From: Patescibacteria group bacterium
GTDB taxonomy: Bacteria > Patescibacteriota > Patescibacteriia > 2-12-FULL-60-25
Direction: 5' to 3'
Length of the DNA stretch: 64,000 nucleotides
Assembly (NCBI GenBank): GCA_023229665.1
Contig: JALNYW010000002.1
Coordinates: forward strand, 92,988 to 156,987
Each line of letters begins with the position of its first letter. Within the stretch, counting starts at the first letter, position 1. A program made the position numbers and the translations under genes. Under the pieces are notes generated by a model that searched no databases, was not told the origin of the DNA, and saw nothing but the letters and a program-made list of their open reading frames with translations. Shown one piece after another: positions 18,795-27,204 of this stretch.

Positions 18795-19708
18795 CGCCTC
18801 CGAGAATCATTCTCACGATCACAGCCTGCGCCCTTTTAGGCGCGGGCTGTTCGTATCCCGAGGAGCGCGTAACACGTAGCACGCAACCCGTAACATCCGT
18901 GTGGGCACAAAGCGCTTCCACGACGACAACTTCTTTTATTGATGCCGATGTTTTCGCCATTCAAGAATTGATGGCCGCGGCTGCACAACCCTTGCCTGAA
19001 GAGGCCGTTTTTGTTTGTAAGAAATATCGCGCCGGCATCGTGAACCATCATGCGTTGGCATCGGATCTGCTCGCAGCCTTTTTCCGGACGCTAAAACGCT
19101 GCCGGCCGGATGTGAAAACCGTGATCATCCTTTCGCCTGATCATTTCGGCCAGGCCTCTGCCGCTGTGACGACGCATCGCTTGCCCTACCGCGTGTCCGG
19201 ACGAGATATCGAGGTTGATGAGCATTCGGCGGATCGCCTGAAGGGAGCGGTTACGTCGCATCAGGAGCAGGCGAGTCTTTTCACGCGAGAGCATGGCATT
19301 GGTGCGTTGCTGCCATTCCTTACGGACTCTGTGCCGGACGCGCGCATCGTGCCCGTGATCATCCGGAGCCAAATAGACGAAGTATCGCGCGCCGAGGTTT
19401 CAGCCTGGCTAAAAAACGAATTAAAAAATCCCGCGACCTTCGTCGTGATTTCGTCCGACATGTCGCATTATCTGGCGGCCGATATCGCATGGCGCAAGCA
19501 AGCGGAGGACAACCGGGCGCTTCAGAATTCGGATGTCGATTTTTTCATCGCCGCGAAAGACGACCATACGGACAACGGCGAATCCATTGCCGCTGTTTTA
19601 CGAGCGCTCGGAAAAACAAAATGGACTCTCTTACGAGAATCCATTTCGAGCGACTACGCCGGTTCCCCCGGGTTCACCACGACGTACGCGATTGGCTTTT
19701 GGGATTAG
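18791..19708 (+). CDS. Memo-like protein (AmmeMemoRadiSam system protein B family) with lipoprotein signal
   Basis: ATGA overlap with the upstream gene. LLGAGC lipobox. Motifs GIVNHH, ILSPDHF, HGIGALLPFL, ISSDMSHY. Confidence 0.75.
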   Translation: MTPPRIILTITACALLGAGCSYPEERVTRSTQPVTSVWAQSASTTTTSFIDADVFAIQELMAAAAQPLPEEAVFVCKKYRAGIVNHHALASDLLAAFFRTLKRCRPDVKTVIILSPDHFGQASAAVTTHRLPYRVSGRDIEVDEHSADRLKGAVTSHQEQASLFTREHGIGALLPFLTDSVPDARIVPVIIRSQIDEVSRAEVSAWLKNELKNPATFVVISSDMSHYLAADIAWRKQAEDNRALQNSDVDFFIAAKDDHTDNGESIAAVLRALGKTKWTLLRESISSDYAGSPGFTTTYAIGFWD

Positions 19709-20124
19709 GCGGCGACGAGCCGTTCCAAAATTTGGACTTCGTCTTCTTTCATCACGTTCACGTCCAGCTCTTTGCCCAGGATGTTCGCCGCTTCCGGAGC
19801 CAGGTGTTTCTTGAATGGGTGGGCCACATCGGCCGGGGCGAGGATATGGAGGGCCATGGCCACCTCTTCATCGCGGATAAGCTGGCTGACACGGTCGGCA
19901 AGGACATGCGTGAAGCGCTTAAGGCGTTCTTCATCGGTGATTTCTTGGCCGAGTTCTTTTCCCTCGTTATCCGATAGAGCGTCCTTGGGCATTTCGAATG
20001 ACTCGACCGCTTCCATCGAATCCTCAAACGCGAGCCAGAGGCGGGCGTGGAAGTGGTCGGCGGTGACGATCAGGGCGGGTTCGGGGAACTGTTGGAGAGC
20101 TTCAGGGATTTGCATATCAGACAA
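19705..20124 (-). CDS. hypothetical protein, possibly host-attachment-protein / baeRF-like
   Basis: 139 aa, overlaps the gpsA stop by 8 nt. ALIVTADHFHARLW resembles the N-terminal strand motif of that family. Family assignment is by eye only. Confidence 0.55.
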   Translation of the reverse strand: MSDMQIPEALQQFPEPALIVTADHFHARLWLAFEDSMEAVESFEMPKDALSDNEGKELGQEITDEERLKRFTHVLADRVSQLIRDEEVAMALHILAPADVAHPFKKHLAPEAANILGKELDVNVMKEDEVQILERLVAA

Positions 20125-21115
20125 GCGTAAGATTCTTCAGATAATCAACAAATGGACGCTCGAAATTATCCCGTTTGGAGAGACACCGGTCAATGGATTC
20201 AAGCAAGGGGGCGCGGGCTTTGACGTTGCGGGCGAGTTTGAGCGCGAGTCCGGTCGCGGCAATGCCCTCGACGGTCCCAAGCCCGAGATCGGCCGGTAAT
20301 TTGGACTTGGCTCCGACGAGCCGTTCGCCATAGGTGCGGTTGCGGCCATGCGGACTCATGCCCGTGACGATCAAATCGCCCAAACCGGCCAAGCCGCTCG
20401 CGGTTTCGAGCTTCGCGCCGGCTTTTACGAGCACATGTTCCATTTCTTCAATCGCGATGGTGAGTAGGAGCGCCTTGGCATTCGTCGGATGCTTGAGTCC
20501 GTCGCACATCCCGAGCGCGATCGCGTAAGGGTTTTTGAGCGCCGAGGCCAATCCGACCCCGAGCAAGTCGAGCGAGGTCGCGCATTTCAGGTGGTCCGTC
20601 TCCAAAAGTTTCTTCACGCGGTTAAGGGTGGCTTTGTCCCGTCCGGCAATCACGAAGCCGGTAGGGGAGCCTTTGGCCATTTCGGTGGCGATGGCCGGAC
20701 CGCCGAGCGTACAGACTTTTTTTCGGAGCGACGATGGGACAAGCTCGGCCTCTGCGACCACGAGCGGCTTTAGCGTCTTTGGATCTAAACCCTTGGTAAT
20801 GCTCGCGATGCTTTTGATTTTGGATGAAAGATAGGGTTTCGCTTTTTCCATCACTTCGGCCACGGCAAAAGAGGGCACGGCGACAAAGACATCCTCCGCG
20901 TCTTTCAAAACTACGGCCAAATCATTTGAGGCGGTGACGTGTTTCGGGAAACGATGCCCGGCCATGTATTTGGTATTGCAGGCGTTTTTTCGCAGGTCTT
21001 CTTCGACGTCCGGTTCGATGCAGTACAGGCGCACCGGTCGTTTATGGCGGGCCAAATTGAGGGCAAGGGCACTCGCCATATTGCCTGCGCCCAGGATCGC
21101 GATGGGGGATTTCAT
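20117..21115 (-). CDS. gpsA: NAD(P)H-dependent glycerol-3-phosphate dehydrogenase
   Basis: N-terminal Rossmann motif IAILGAGNMASALA. Length and conserved C-terminal domain typical of GpsA. Confidence 0.88.
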   Translation of the reverse strand: MKSPIAILGAGNMASALALNLARHKRPVRLYCIEPDVEEDLRKNACNTKYMAGHRFPKHVTASNDLAVVLKDAEDVFVAVPSFAVAEVMEKAKPYLSSKIKSIASITKGLDPKTLKPLVVAEAELVPSSLRKKVCTLGGPAIATEMAKGSPTGFVIAGRDKATLNRVKKLLETDHLKCATSLDLLGVGLASALKNPYAIALGMCDGLKHPTNAKALLLTIAIEEMEHVLVKAGAKLETASGLAGLGDLIVTGMSPHGRNRTYGERLVGAKSKLPADLGLGTVEGIAATGLALKLARNVKARAPLLESIDRCLSKRDNFERPFVDYLKNLTLV

Positions 21116-21167
21116 GGTCGAATCATACGTCTCCCGCAGGGAACAAAAAAGATCCCGTGTTGCGGGA

Positions 21168-21425
21168 TCAGAAGCGCGGATGGTTGGGGTCGATGCGGAA
21201 GAAGGCGAGCATCGAAGCTACGGTGGGGTGGTTGTTGTGGCCCTGGCGGATCGCTTCGAGCGTCTTCTCGACCGCGACCTTACGCGTTGTCAGGTAACCG
21301 ATGACCTCGGCGTCGTTCCACTTTCCGTGGTCGAGCTGATAGAGGTCACCGCGCGTCATCCGTCCGTCGAGCTCGCGAAGCTCCTTCAGGATCTGGGGCT
21401 CTTCGGGCTGTTGCTGATCGGTCAT
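21168..21425 (-). CDS. hypothetical 85-aa protein, paralogous to the C-terminal extension of the adjacent PRTase
   Basis: AAGGAGG SD 5 nt before ATG 21425. Shares the KW-D and R-G-HPTV motifs with residues ~180-264 of ORF 21537-22331. Confidence 0.5.
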   Translation of the reverse strand: MTDQQQPEEPQILKELRELDGRMTRGDLYQLDHGKWNDAEVIGYLTTRKVAVEKTLEAIRQGHNNHPTVASMLAFFRIDPNHPRF

Positions 21426-21536
21426 CACTGCCTCCTTGTGCGCTTTCTTCCTGCCAGATTTTTTGGATTTTGTCAACCGTGCACCATGTGGTGCACGGTC
21501 AATCCTCACCATAATAAAAAAGATCCCGGGTGGGGA

Positions 21537-22331
21537 TCAGGGGGCGAGGCACAGGCTGGAGAGCTTCTGTACGGTCGGGTGGTCGTAGTATTTGCCCTCC
21601 CGCGCGAGTTTGAGATGGTCGCGCACCTGGCGGTCGATCGCCGGGTCGGGCCATTTCTCGGCCGCGCTCCGCAGGAGCATCTCCACGTCGCTCTGCGCTT
21701 CGGTCCAACGCAGGTACTCGGCGCCTCGGCCGAGCTCGGGATGGACCGGGATCTGGAGCAGCGAAGCCGGAGCCTCCTCTTCGCTCCAGTCCTGCAGCCG
21801 CTCGTTGATCAGGGAGAAGACCGAGTTCACACCCAGTTTCTCGGCGGTGACCCCGCCGCGATTCCAGATGAACACGACGTCCTCGACGATGCCGCCAGCC
21901 TCGAGGATGGCCTCGACCGCACCCGCGACCGAGTCGCCGGTGGTGGCGATGTCCTCGAAGACAAGGACAAGCTGACCTTTCACGTGGCGCGCATGCGTGC
22001 CCGAGAGCTTGAACTTCTTGGAGCCGCGCGTTTCGTCCTTCTCCGGGATGACGTGCTTCACGTCATGGTCCTCGTAGAGGGTGAGGAGCCGCGCCGTCTC
22101 CCACGAGGGGACGATGGCGCCGACGGCCGGACCGGCCACGACCGCGATCTTCTTTCCGCGGAACCGGTCGGCGACCTGCATGCAAAGCATGGACGCGTAG
22201 CGCGGGATGACCGACACTTCGCGCTTGTCGATGTACTCGTCGGAATGGCGCCAGCTGCTCAGGATGAAATGGCCCTGCTTGCGGGCGCCGCACTTCTTCA
22301 GGATCTCGAACGGGGAGTCGTCTTTGTGCAC
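21537..22331 (-). CDS. phosphoribosyltransferase (OPRT-like) with ~90-aa C-terminal extension
   Basis: GTG start after GGAGGT. PRPP-binding loop LVLVFEDIATTGDSV. High GC3. Confidence 0.7.
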   Translation of the reverse strand: MHKDDSPFEILKKCGARKQGHFILSSWRHSDEYIDKREVSVIPRYASMLCMQVADRFRGKKIAVVAGPAVGAIVPSWETARLLTLYEDHDVKHVIPEKDETRGSKKFKLSGTHARHVKGQLVLVFEDIATTGDSVAGAVEAILEAGGIVEDVVFIWNRGGVTAEKLGVNSVFSLINERLQDWSEEEAPASLLQIPVHPELGRGAEYLRWTEAQSDVEMLLRSAAEKWPDPAIDRQVRDHLKLAREGKYYDHPTVQKLSSLCLAP

Positions 22332-22399
22332 GCGGACCTCCGGGTGGGATGTCAGGAACCGGGCTGACCTTATGTTTGTCGTGAGAACCTGTCAAAGCC

Positions 22400-22428
22400 T
22401 TGATTTTTAGTCCATTTTACGCTATAGT
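22400..22428 (+). promoter_or_regulatory. promoter TTGATT-17-TATAGT for tRNA-Arg
   Basis: -10 element ends 13 nt before the tRNA 5' end. Confidence 0.5.
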
Positions 22429-22441
22429 CCGCGCCATCCCT

Positions 22442-22516
22442 GTCTCGGTCGTTCAACGGATAGGACGCGTGGCTTCGAACCACGTAATGGGGGTTCGATT
22501 CCCTCCCGGGACACCA
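22442..22516 (+). tRNA. tRNA-Arg (anticodon TCG), CCA encoded
   Basis: Cloverleaf folded by hand: acceptor GTCTCGG/CCGGGAC, anticodon arm CGTGG-CTTCGAA-CCACG, T arm GGGGG-TTCGATT-CCCTC. Confidence 0.93.
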
Positions 22517-22519
22517 TAA

Positions 22520-22547
22520 AAACACCCCCGCAATGCGGGGGTGTTTT
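22520..22547 (+). terminator. intrinsic terminator
   Basis: ACACCCCCGcaatGCGGGGGTGT followed by TTT. Confidence 0.65.
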
Positions 22548-22620
22548 GCGATGTGTCAGAAAATAGAAGACCGGCGCGTAGTACTGTTTGCAAGCGTCCG
22601 TTAACTCTTTAAGACAACCT

Positions 22621-23064
22621 ATGAATAAATATCGCAAACTTTTCTATTCTTCGGCCGTAGCCTTGCCTATGTTGGCCTTGGCCGCGACCGGCGTGCACGC
22701 CGCTTCCTCCGGCACGATGGGCATGTTTAAGTTCGCCCCAGGTAAAGATGTTGCGTTCAAGAACATCGAGCTTACGGCTGAACAGAAAGTCGCCGTTGAG
22801 CAGGCGCAGGCGCTGCGTAAGCAAGCGGATGATATTCTTGAGAAGGCTGGCTTGCCCATTCGCCACCCGATGATGGGCATGAAGATGATGCAGCGCCCGG
22901 AGCTCACGGCTGAGCAGAAAGCCACCCTCGAACAGGTGCGTAAGCTCCACGAGGAAGGGAAAAACGATGAAGCCAAGGCGCTTCTCGAAACAGCCGGTCT
23001 CCCAGCCGGCCCGCATGGCATGAAGTTCAAGCATATGGAGTCGAAGATTGGCGAAGTGAAGTAA
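22621..23064 (+). CDS. secreted Spy/CpxP-like protein with two LTAEQK (LTxxQ) modules
   Basis: Signal peptide MNKYRKLFYSSAVALPMLALAATGVHA. Duplicated module LTAEQK..EQ..LRK..AGLP. Confidence 0.6.
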   Translation: MNKYRKLFYSSAVALPMLALAATGVHAASSGTMGMFKFAPGKDVAFKNIELTAEQKVAVEQAQALRKQADDILEKAGLPIRHPMMGMKMMQRPELTAEQKATLEQVRKLHEEGKNDEAKALLETAGLPAGPHGMKFKHMESKIGEVK

Positions 23065-23070
23065 ATAAAA

Positions 23071-23098
23071 GAAACCCGCCGATCGGCGGGTTTCTTTT
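23071..23098 (+). terminator. intrinsic terminator
   Basis: GAAACCCGCCgatcGGCGGGTTTC followed by TTTT. Confidence 0.7.
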
Positions 23099-23110
23099 AT
23101 GTTACGCCGA

Positions 23111-23139
23111 TTGACGCGGTCATCATATTCTGCTATAGC
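23111..23139 (+). promoter_or_regulatory. promoter TTGACG-17-TATAGC
   Basis: Hexamers with 17-nt spacing, 27 nt upstream of the GTG start. Confidence 0.45.
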
Positions 23140-23165
23140 ATGCTCACGTTTTTAGGAGGTGTGAG

Positions 23166-23537
23166 GTGGAAAGCACTCATCTGCTGATCTTGTCCCTGTT
23201 CTCTGTCAGTATCCTGGGCTGGTACGTGTATGCGGTGTACAGCGATTGGGAGAGTAGGCTTCGGGCGGGCAAGAAGCACCAACGGCGGTTGGAGTTGGAG
23301 GGGCTACAGCACAAGCAGCGCTTGGAGCTCGCTCAACAGATCGACACGACCATCCACGTATTGGTCGCAGACAAGGAGCTCGCCTGTACCTTCGACGAAC
23401 GGCTGGCCGAAGCGATGCAGAAGGCCGACATCCCGAGAGTCCGAGTCGAACCTGATCTCGAAGACGACGAGGATGACGAGGCCGCGGATGAACGTTCCAA
23501 GACGCATCGACGCAAGAAGAGACGCAAGTCAGGCTGA
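23166..23537 (+). CDS. single-pass membrane protein with coiled-coil and acidic/basic tail (123 aa)
   Basis: GTG start after TTAGGAGG. TM LLILSLFSVSILGWYVYAVY. Tail DLEDDEDDEAADE...RRKKRRKSG. Terminator GAGCCCGGaactTCGGGCTC-T5 follows. Confidence 0.5.
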   Translation: MESTHLLILSLFSVSILGWYVYAVYSDWESRLRAGKKHQRRLELEGLQHKQRLELAQQIDTTIHVLVADKELACTFDERLAEAMQKADIPRVRVEPDLEDDEDDEAADERSKTHRRKKRRKSG

Positions 23538-23564
23538 GCCCGGAACTTCGGGCTCTTTTTATTT

Positions 23565-24287
23565 TTATTTCCCTTTCGCTTTGTGCGTTCGCCAGCCTTT
23601 TGCCTCGATGCCCGCATCCGCCGCCGCGACCTGGGCTTCCTGCTTTGACGTGCCGCGTCCGACGGCAATCAACTCTTTATCCAAGAAGACGCCGATGGTG
23701 AATTCCTTCGCGTGATCCGGACCCTTTTCTTCCAATACTTTATACGTCGGCGTCACGCCCAGCAGTTCCTGCGCGGTTTCCTGGAATTTGCTCTTCGCAT
23801 CCACGTACAACTCTTCTTCAAGAATGCGCGGCAAAATGCTCAGGATGAATGAACCGACGAATTTTTCCGCCGCCGGCATGCCGCCGTCGAGATAAATGGC
23901 GCCGATAATCGCTTCAATGGCATTCGCCAAAATGTACATGCGCGCCTTCGTGTCTTTGTCTTTCGCCTCGCCTTTTGAGAGCAACAAGTATTCTTCAAAG
24001 TTTAATTCTTTGGCGATTCCTGAAAGTGTTTTGGCATTCACCATGGCCGCGCGCCAGTTCGTGAGCTCGCCTTCGTCGTTCGCGTAATTTTTGTAGAGGG
24101 ATTCCGTCACGACCAGCTCGAGCACGGCATCGCCTAAAAACTCCAAACGTTCATTGTGAGGATATTCGTAGCTGGTATTTTCGTTCAGGTACGACCGGTG
24201 CGTGAGGGCCTGCAGGAGGAGCGAGCGGTCACGGAATGCGTGCCCCAATCGTTCTTCCAGCGGGCCGAAGTCTGGCATGGTTGTCAT
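23565..24287 (-). CDS. rnc: ribonuclease III
   Basis: RNase III signature ERLEFLGDAVLELVV and a C-terminal dsRBD. Confidence 0.92.
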   Translation of the reverse strand: MTTMPDFGPLEERLGHAFRDRSLLLQALTHRSYLNENTSYEYPHNERLEFLGDAVLELVVTESLYKNYANDEGELTNWRAAMVNAKTLSGIAKELNFEEYLLLSKGEAKDKDTKARMYILANAIEAIIGAIYLDGGMPAAEKFVGSFILSILPRILEEELYVDAKSKFQETAQELLGVTPTYKVLEEKGPDHAKEFTIGVFLDKELIAVGRGTSKQEAQVAAADAGIEAKGWRTHKAKGK

Positions 24288-24288
24288 A

Positions 24289-24807
24289 TCATTCTTCGGT
24301 GGGTTCTTTAGATTTCTTCGGCTTTCTCTCTTTCTTTTCTCCGGCGGGCTCGTCGCCTTTGTCTTTCGGCTTGTCCGAGTCTTTGGCGACGCCCTTCGCG
24401 AGTTGGTCGCGATAGACGGCGCCGAGCACGCCGTTCACGAATTTCCCGCTCGATTCCCCGCCAAACGTCTTGGCAAGTTCGATGGCTTCGTTGATGGCGA
24501 CCTTGCTCGGAATGTCGAAATTGAACAGGAGTTCGTAGATGCCGATGCGCAAAATGTTGCGATCGACGGTCGTGATCTTCGCCAAAGGCCAATCCGGCGC
24601 AAAGGTCGTGATGGCTTTGTCGATTTCCTCGCGGTGATCCGCGACGCCGTTCACGATGGAGAGACAGAAGTCCGTCTCATCAAAGCTTTCCGGCTGTTCG
24701 GCGAGATTGCGTTTGGCCATTTCAACCAAATCCCGCGTACCGCTATAGAAGTCCCACTCGTAGAGGGACTGCATCGCGATAGCGCGGGCGAGGTGTCGAT
24801 TGGACAT
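24289..24807 (-). CDS. nusB: transcription antitermination factor NusB
   Basis: N-terminus [17 protein letters not shown] and the NusB fold pattern. Lys/Glu-rich tail. Confidence 0.88.
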   Translation of the reverse strand: MSNRHLARAIAMQSLYEWDFYSGTRDLVEMAKRNLAEQPESFDETDFCLSIVNGVADHREEIDKAITTFAPDWPLAKITTVDRNILRIGIYELLFNFDIPSKVAINEAIELAKTFGGESSGKFVNGVLGAVYRDQLAKGVAKDSDKPKDKGDEPAGEKKERKPKKSKEPTEE

Positions 24808-24858
24808 AGGACAAAGGTGCGAACGGATCGGACGGGGGAAGGGTGACAGCCGTGAGGC

Positions 24859-25161
24859 TTACTTTTTCTTCGCGACCGGGCCGTGATTGTGTCCTTCGTG
24901 ATCGTGGTCGTGACCTTCGTGATCGTGCGCGTCCTCCTTTACGGTCGCGGATTTGGTCTTGTTGAGGGCACGTTCCATCTTGCGATCGAGACCCTTCACG
25001 AAAATTTTCACGCCATTGTACTCCGTGGCGCCAGGGGCGGCGGTGTGCATGCGGTGGGTGCGGCCAGCCTTATCGACCGTAATCGAGGGCTTGGTTAACG
25101 CAAAATGGGAAGCGCGGCGGCGCTTGTGGGAACTTGTGCGGCGATGTCCGGGAAGACTCAT
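24859..25161 (-). CDS. rpmF: 50S ribosomal protein L32 with His-rich C-terminal extension
   Basis: L32 N-terminal motif PGHRRTSSHKRRRASHFAL. No CxxC zinc knuckle. Extension EDAHDHEGHDHDHEGHNHG. Confidence 0.8.
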   Translation of the reverse strand: MSLPGHRRTSSHKRRRASHFALTKPSITVDKAGRTHRMHTAAPGATEYNGVKIFVKGLDRKMERALNKTKSATVKEDAHDHEGHDHDHEGHNHGPVAKKK

Positions 25162-25223
25162 AGTCGTCTAGATACAGATTATTATTCAATAGTCTAGCCG
25201 AAACCCGATTTTTTGGCAAGTTT

Positions 25224-25252
25224 TTGACAAAAAACCGCCCAAAAACTAGACT
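25224..25252 (+). promoter_or_regulatory. promoter TTGACA-17-TAGACT for ndk
   Basis: -10 element ends 12 nt before ATG 25265. No SD, implying a very short leader. Confidence 0.5.
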
Positions 25253-25264
25253 TTGGCCAACTCT

Positions 25265-25852
25265 ATGGAAAAAACACTCGTTCTGATCAAGCCGGATGGC
25301 GTGGCCCGCGGCCTCACGGGGCAGATTTTGGCCCGTTTTGAGCAGGTTGGCCTGAAATTGGTAGCCATGAAGATGGTCCATGCTTCGCATGAGGATGTGG
25401 ATCGCCACTATGCCCTCACCGAAGAGTGGATGATGGCCGTTTATTCGAAAGCAAAGGCAAAATATGAGGCCGAAGGCCGCCCCTTCGACTATCCGGACCA
25501 TAAAGCCTATGGCGGCGAGATCAAGCGCGGGTTGGTGGACTTCCTGAAATCCGCTCCGATTGTCGCTTTGGTGCTGGAGGGTGAGATGGCCGTGTCCCTG
25601 GTTCGGAAGTTGGTGGGCGCCACCGAACCGGCCTCCTCGGCCCCGGGCACGATCCGCGGCGACTTCTCCCATGACACCTACGCGCTTTCAAACTCGCAGA
25701 ACCGTCCGTTGCGCAATTTGATCCACGCGTCCGGCAACCTCGAAGAAGCGAATAACGAAATCAAGATTTGGTTCACCGACACCGAGCTCTACAAGTACGA
25801 GCACGCGTTCGACGCGGTGCAATACGATCCGAAGTGGTTCCTCCCGTCATAA
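25265..25852 (+). CDS. ndk: nucleoside diphosphate kinase (long form)
   Basis: MEKTLVLIKPDGVARGL, GTIRGDF and the active-site context NLIHAS. ORF-track TTG start at 25253 is the alternative. Confidence 0.9.
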   Translation: MEKTLVLIKPDGVARGLTGQILARFEQVGLKLVAMKMVHASHEDVDRHYALTEEWMMAVYSKAKAKYEAEGRPFDYPDHKAYGGEIKRGLVDFLKSAPIVALVLEGEMAVSLVRKLVGATEPASSAPGTIRGDFSHDTYALSNSQNRPLRNLIHASGNLEEANNEIKIWFTDTELYKYEHAFDAVQYDPKWFLPS

Positions 25853-25899
25853 AAGAATAATCCCCGCTGCGTGCGGGGATTTTTGATATACTAGGTCGG

Positions 25900-27159
25900 A
25901 TGTCGTTCAAGCGTTTCAAAAAGTTTTTTGGACCCGGCCTGGTCACGGGCGCGTCGGATGATGATCCGTCCGGCATCGCGACCTACACGCAAGCGGGTGC
26001 GGCATTCGGTTTCGCCACGCTCTGGGTCGCGCTCATTACCATCCCATTCATGACGGCCGTGCAAGAGGCGAGCGCGCGTCTCGCGCTAGTCACGCGACGC
26101 GGCATCGTGAAAAACCTTTTCACGCGCGTGCCGCGCTCGGTATTGGCGATCGGCGTCCTTTTGTTCGCGGCCGTGAACGTATTCAATCTTGGGGCGGACC
26201 TGGGGATGATGGCCGCATCCGCCCAGCTTTTATGGGGCTTTCCGCAATGGGTCTGGTTGGTGTTCTTTCTTGTCGTCATCCTCGGGCTCCAGACCTTTCT
26301 TGATTACACGCGCTATGCGCGCGTACTGAAGTGGTTGTGCCTTTCCTTGCTCGCCTACGTCATCGTCGCGTTCACGGTGCGCGTGGATTGGATGTCGGCC
26401 GCGTTTGCGACGTTCATGCCGCAAATCAGATTTGAAAAAGAATATTTTTTGATGTTGGTCGCTTTGCTTGGCACGACGATCTCCCCGTATCTCTATGTGT
26501 GGCAAGCCGCGCAGGAGGTGGAGGAGGAAAAGGCCGACGGCTGTGGGCATGACCATGGCGAAGATTCGCAAGCCTGCGATGACGGCGCGATTTTGTACCG
26601 ACGTCGCGCCGACGTCGCGGTCGGCATGGGTCTTTCAAACGTGATCGCATGGTTCATCATCCTTACGGCCGCGACCGTGTTATTTGCGAATGGTTTGTAC
26701 GACGTTTCGACGCCCGCGGAAGCCGCTGCCGTCCTCGTACCGATCGCGGGGAAGTACGCGTCCTGGTTGTTTACCCTCGGCGTGATCGGAACGGGGTTGC
26801 TCGCGGTCCCGGTTTTGTCCGGCTCGGCCGCCTACGCGCTGTCCGAAGTCATTGGGTTGCGCCGATACGGCCTCTCATCCACCTGGAAGGAAGCAAAATG
26901 GTTTTACGTGATTGTCCTCGCGCTCACGGTCGCGGGCGCACTTACGACTCTCTTCGGCCTTAACCCGATCCATGCCCTGATTTATGCGGCCGTGGGCAAT
27001 GCTTTGATCGCTCCTTTGCTTATCTTAGCCCTGATCCGGCTTACGGAAGACAAGAAAGTCATGGGGAGTATGGTAAATGGACCCATGTCGCGCGTACTTT
27101 TATGGGGAGCTTTTTTGCTCATGACCGGGAGCCTTGTCATTTGGGGCATTCTTTCCTAA
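25900..27159 (+). CDS. mntH: Nramp-family divalent metal transporter
   Basis: GPGLVTGASDDDPSGIATYTQAGAAFGF motif and about 11 TM segments. TGaTATACT sits 7 nt before the ATG. Confidence 0.88.
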   Translation: MSFKRFKKFFGPGLVTGASDDDPSGIATYTQAGAAFGFATLWVALITIPFMTAVQEASARLALVTRRGIVKNLFTRVPRSVLAIGVLLFAAVNVFNLGADLGMMAASAQLLWGFPQWVWLVFFLVVILGLQTFLDYTRYARVLKWLCLSLLAYVIVAFTVRVDWMSAAFATFMPQIRFEKEYFLMLVALLGTTISPYLYVWQAAQEVEEEKADGCGHDHGEDSQACDDGAILYRRRADVAVGMGLSNVIAWFIILTAATVLFANGLYDVSTPAEAAAVLVPIAGKYASWLFTLGVIGTGLLAVPVLSGSAAYALSEVIGLRRYGLSSTWKEAKWFYVIVLALTVAGALTTLFGLNPIHALIYAAVGNALIAPLLILALIRLTEDKKVMGSMVNGPMSRVLLWGAFLLMTGSLVIWGILS

Positions 27160-27204
27160 GGTCAAATCCCGTTCTTTCTGTTTTTAGATCTATAGGGAGG
27201 TTGA

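Noticed and set aside
20934-22367. 477-aa plus-strand ORF
   Set aside because: Antisense to the gpsA start, the 85-aa ORF and the PRTase. No signals.
25853-25899. Mn-sensing yybP-ykoY riboswitch upstream of the Nramp gene
   Set aside because: Only 47 nt separate ndk from mntH. That space holds a terminator and a -10 element, so there is no room for a riboswitch.
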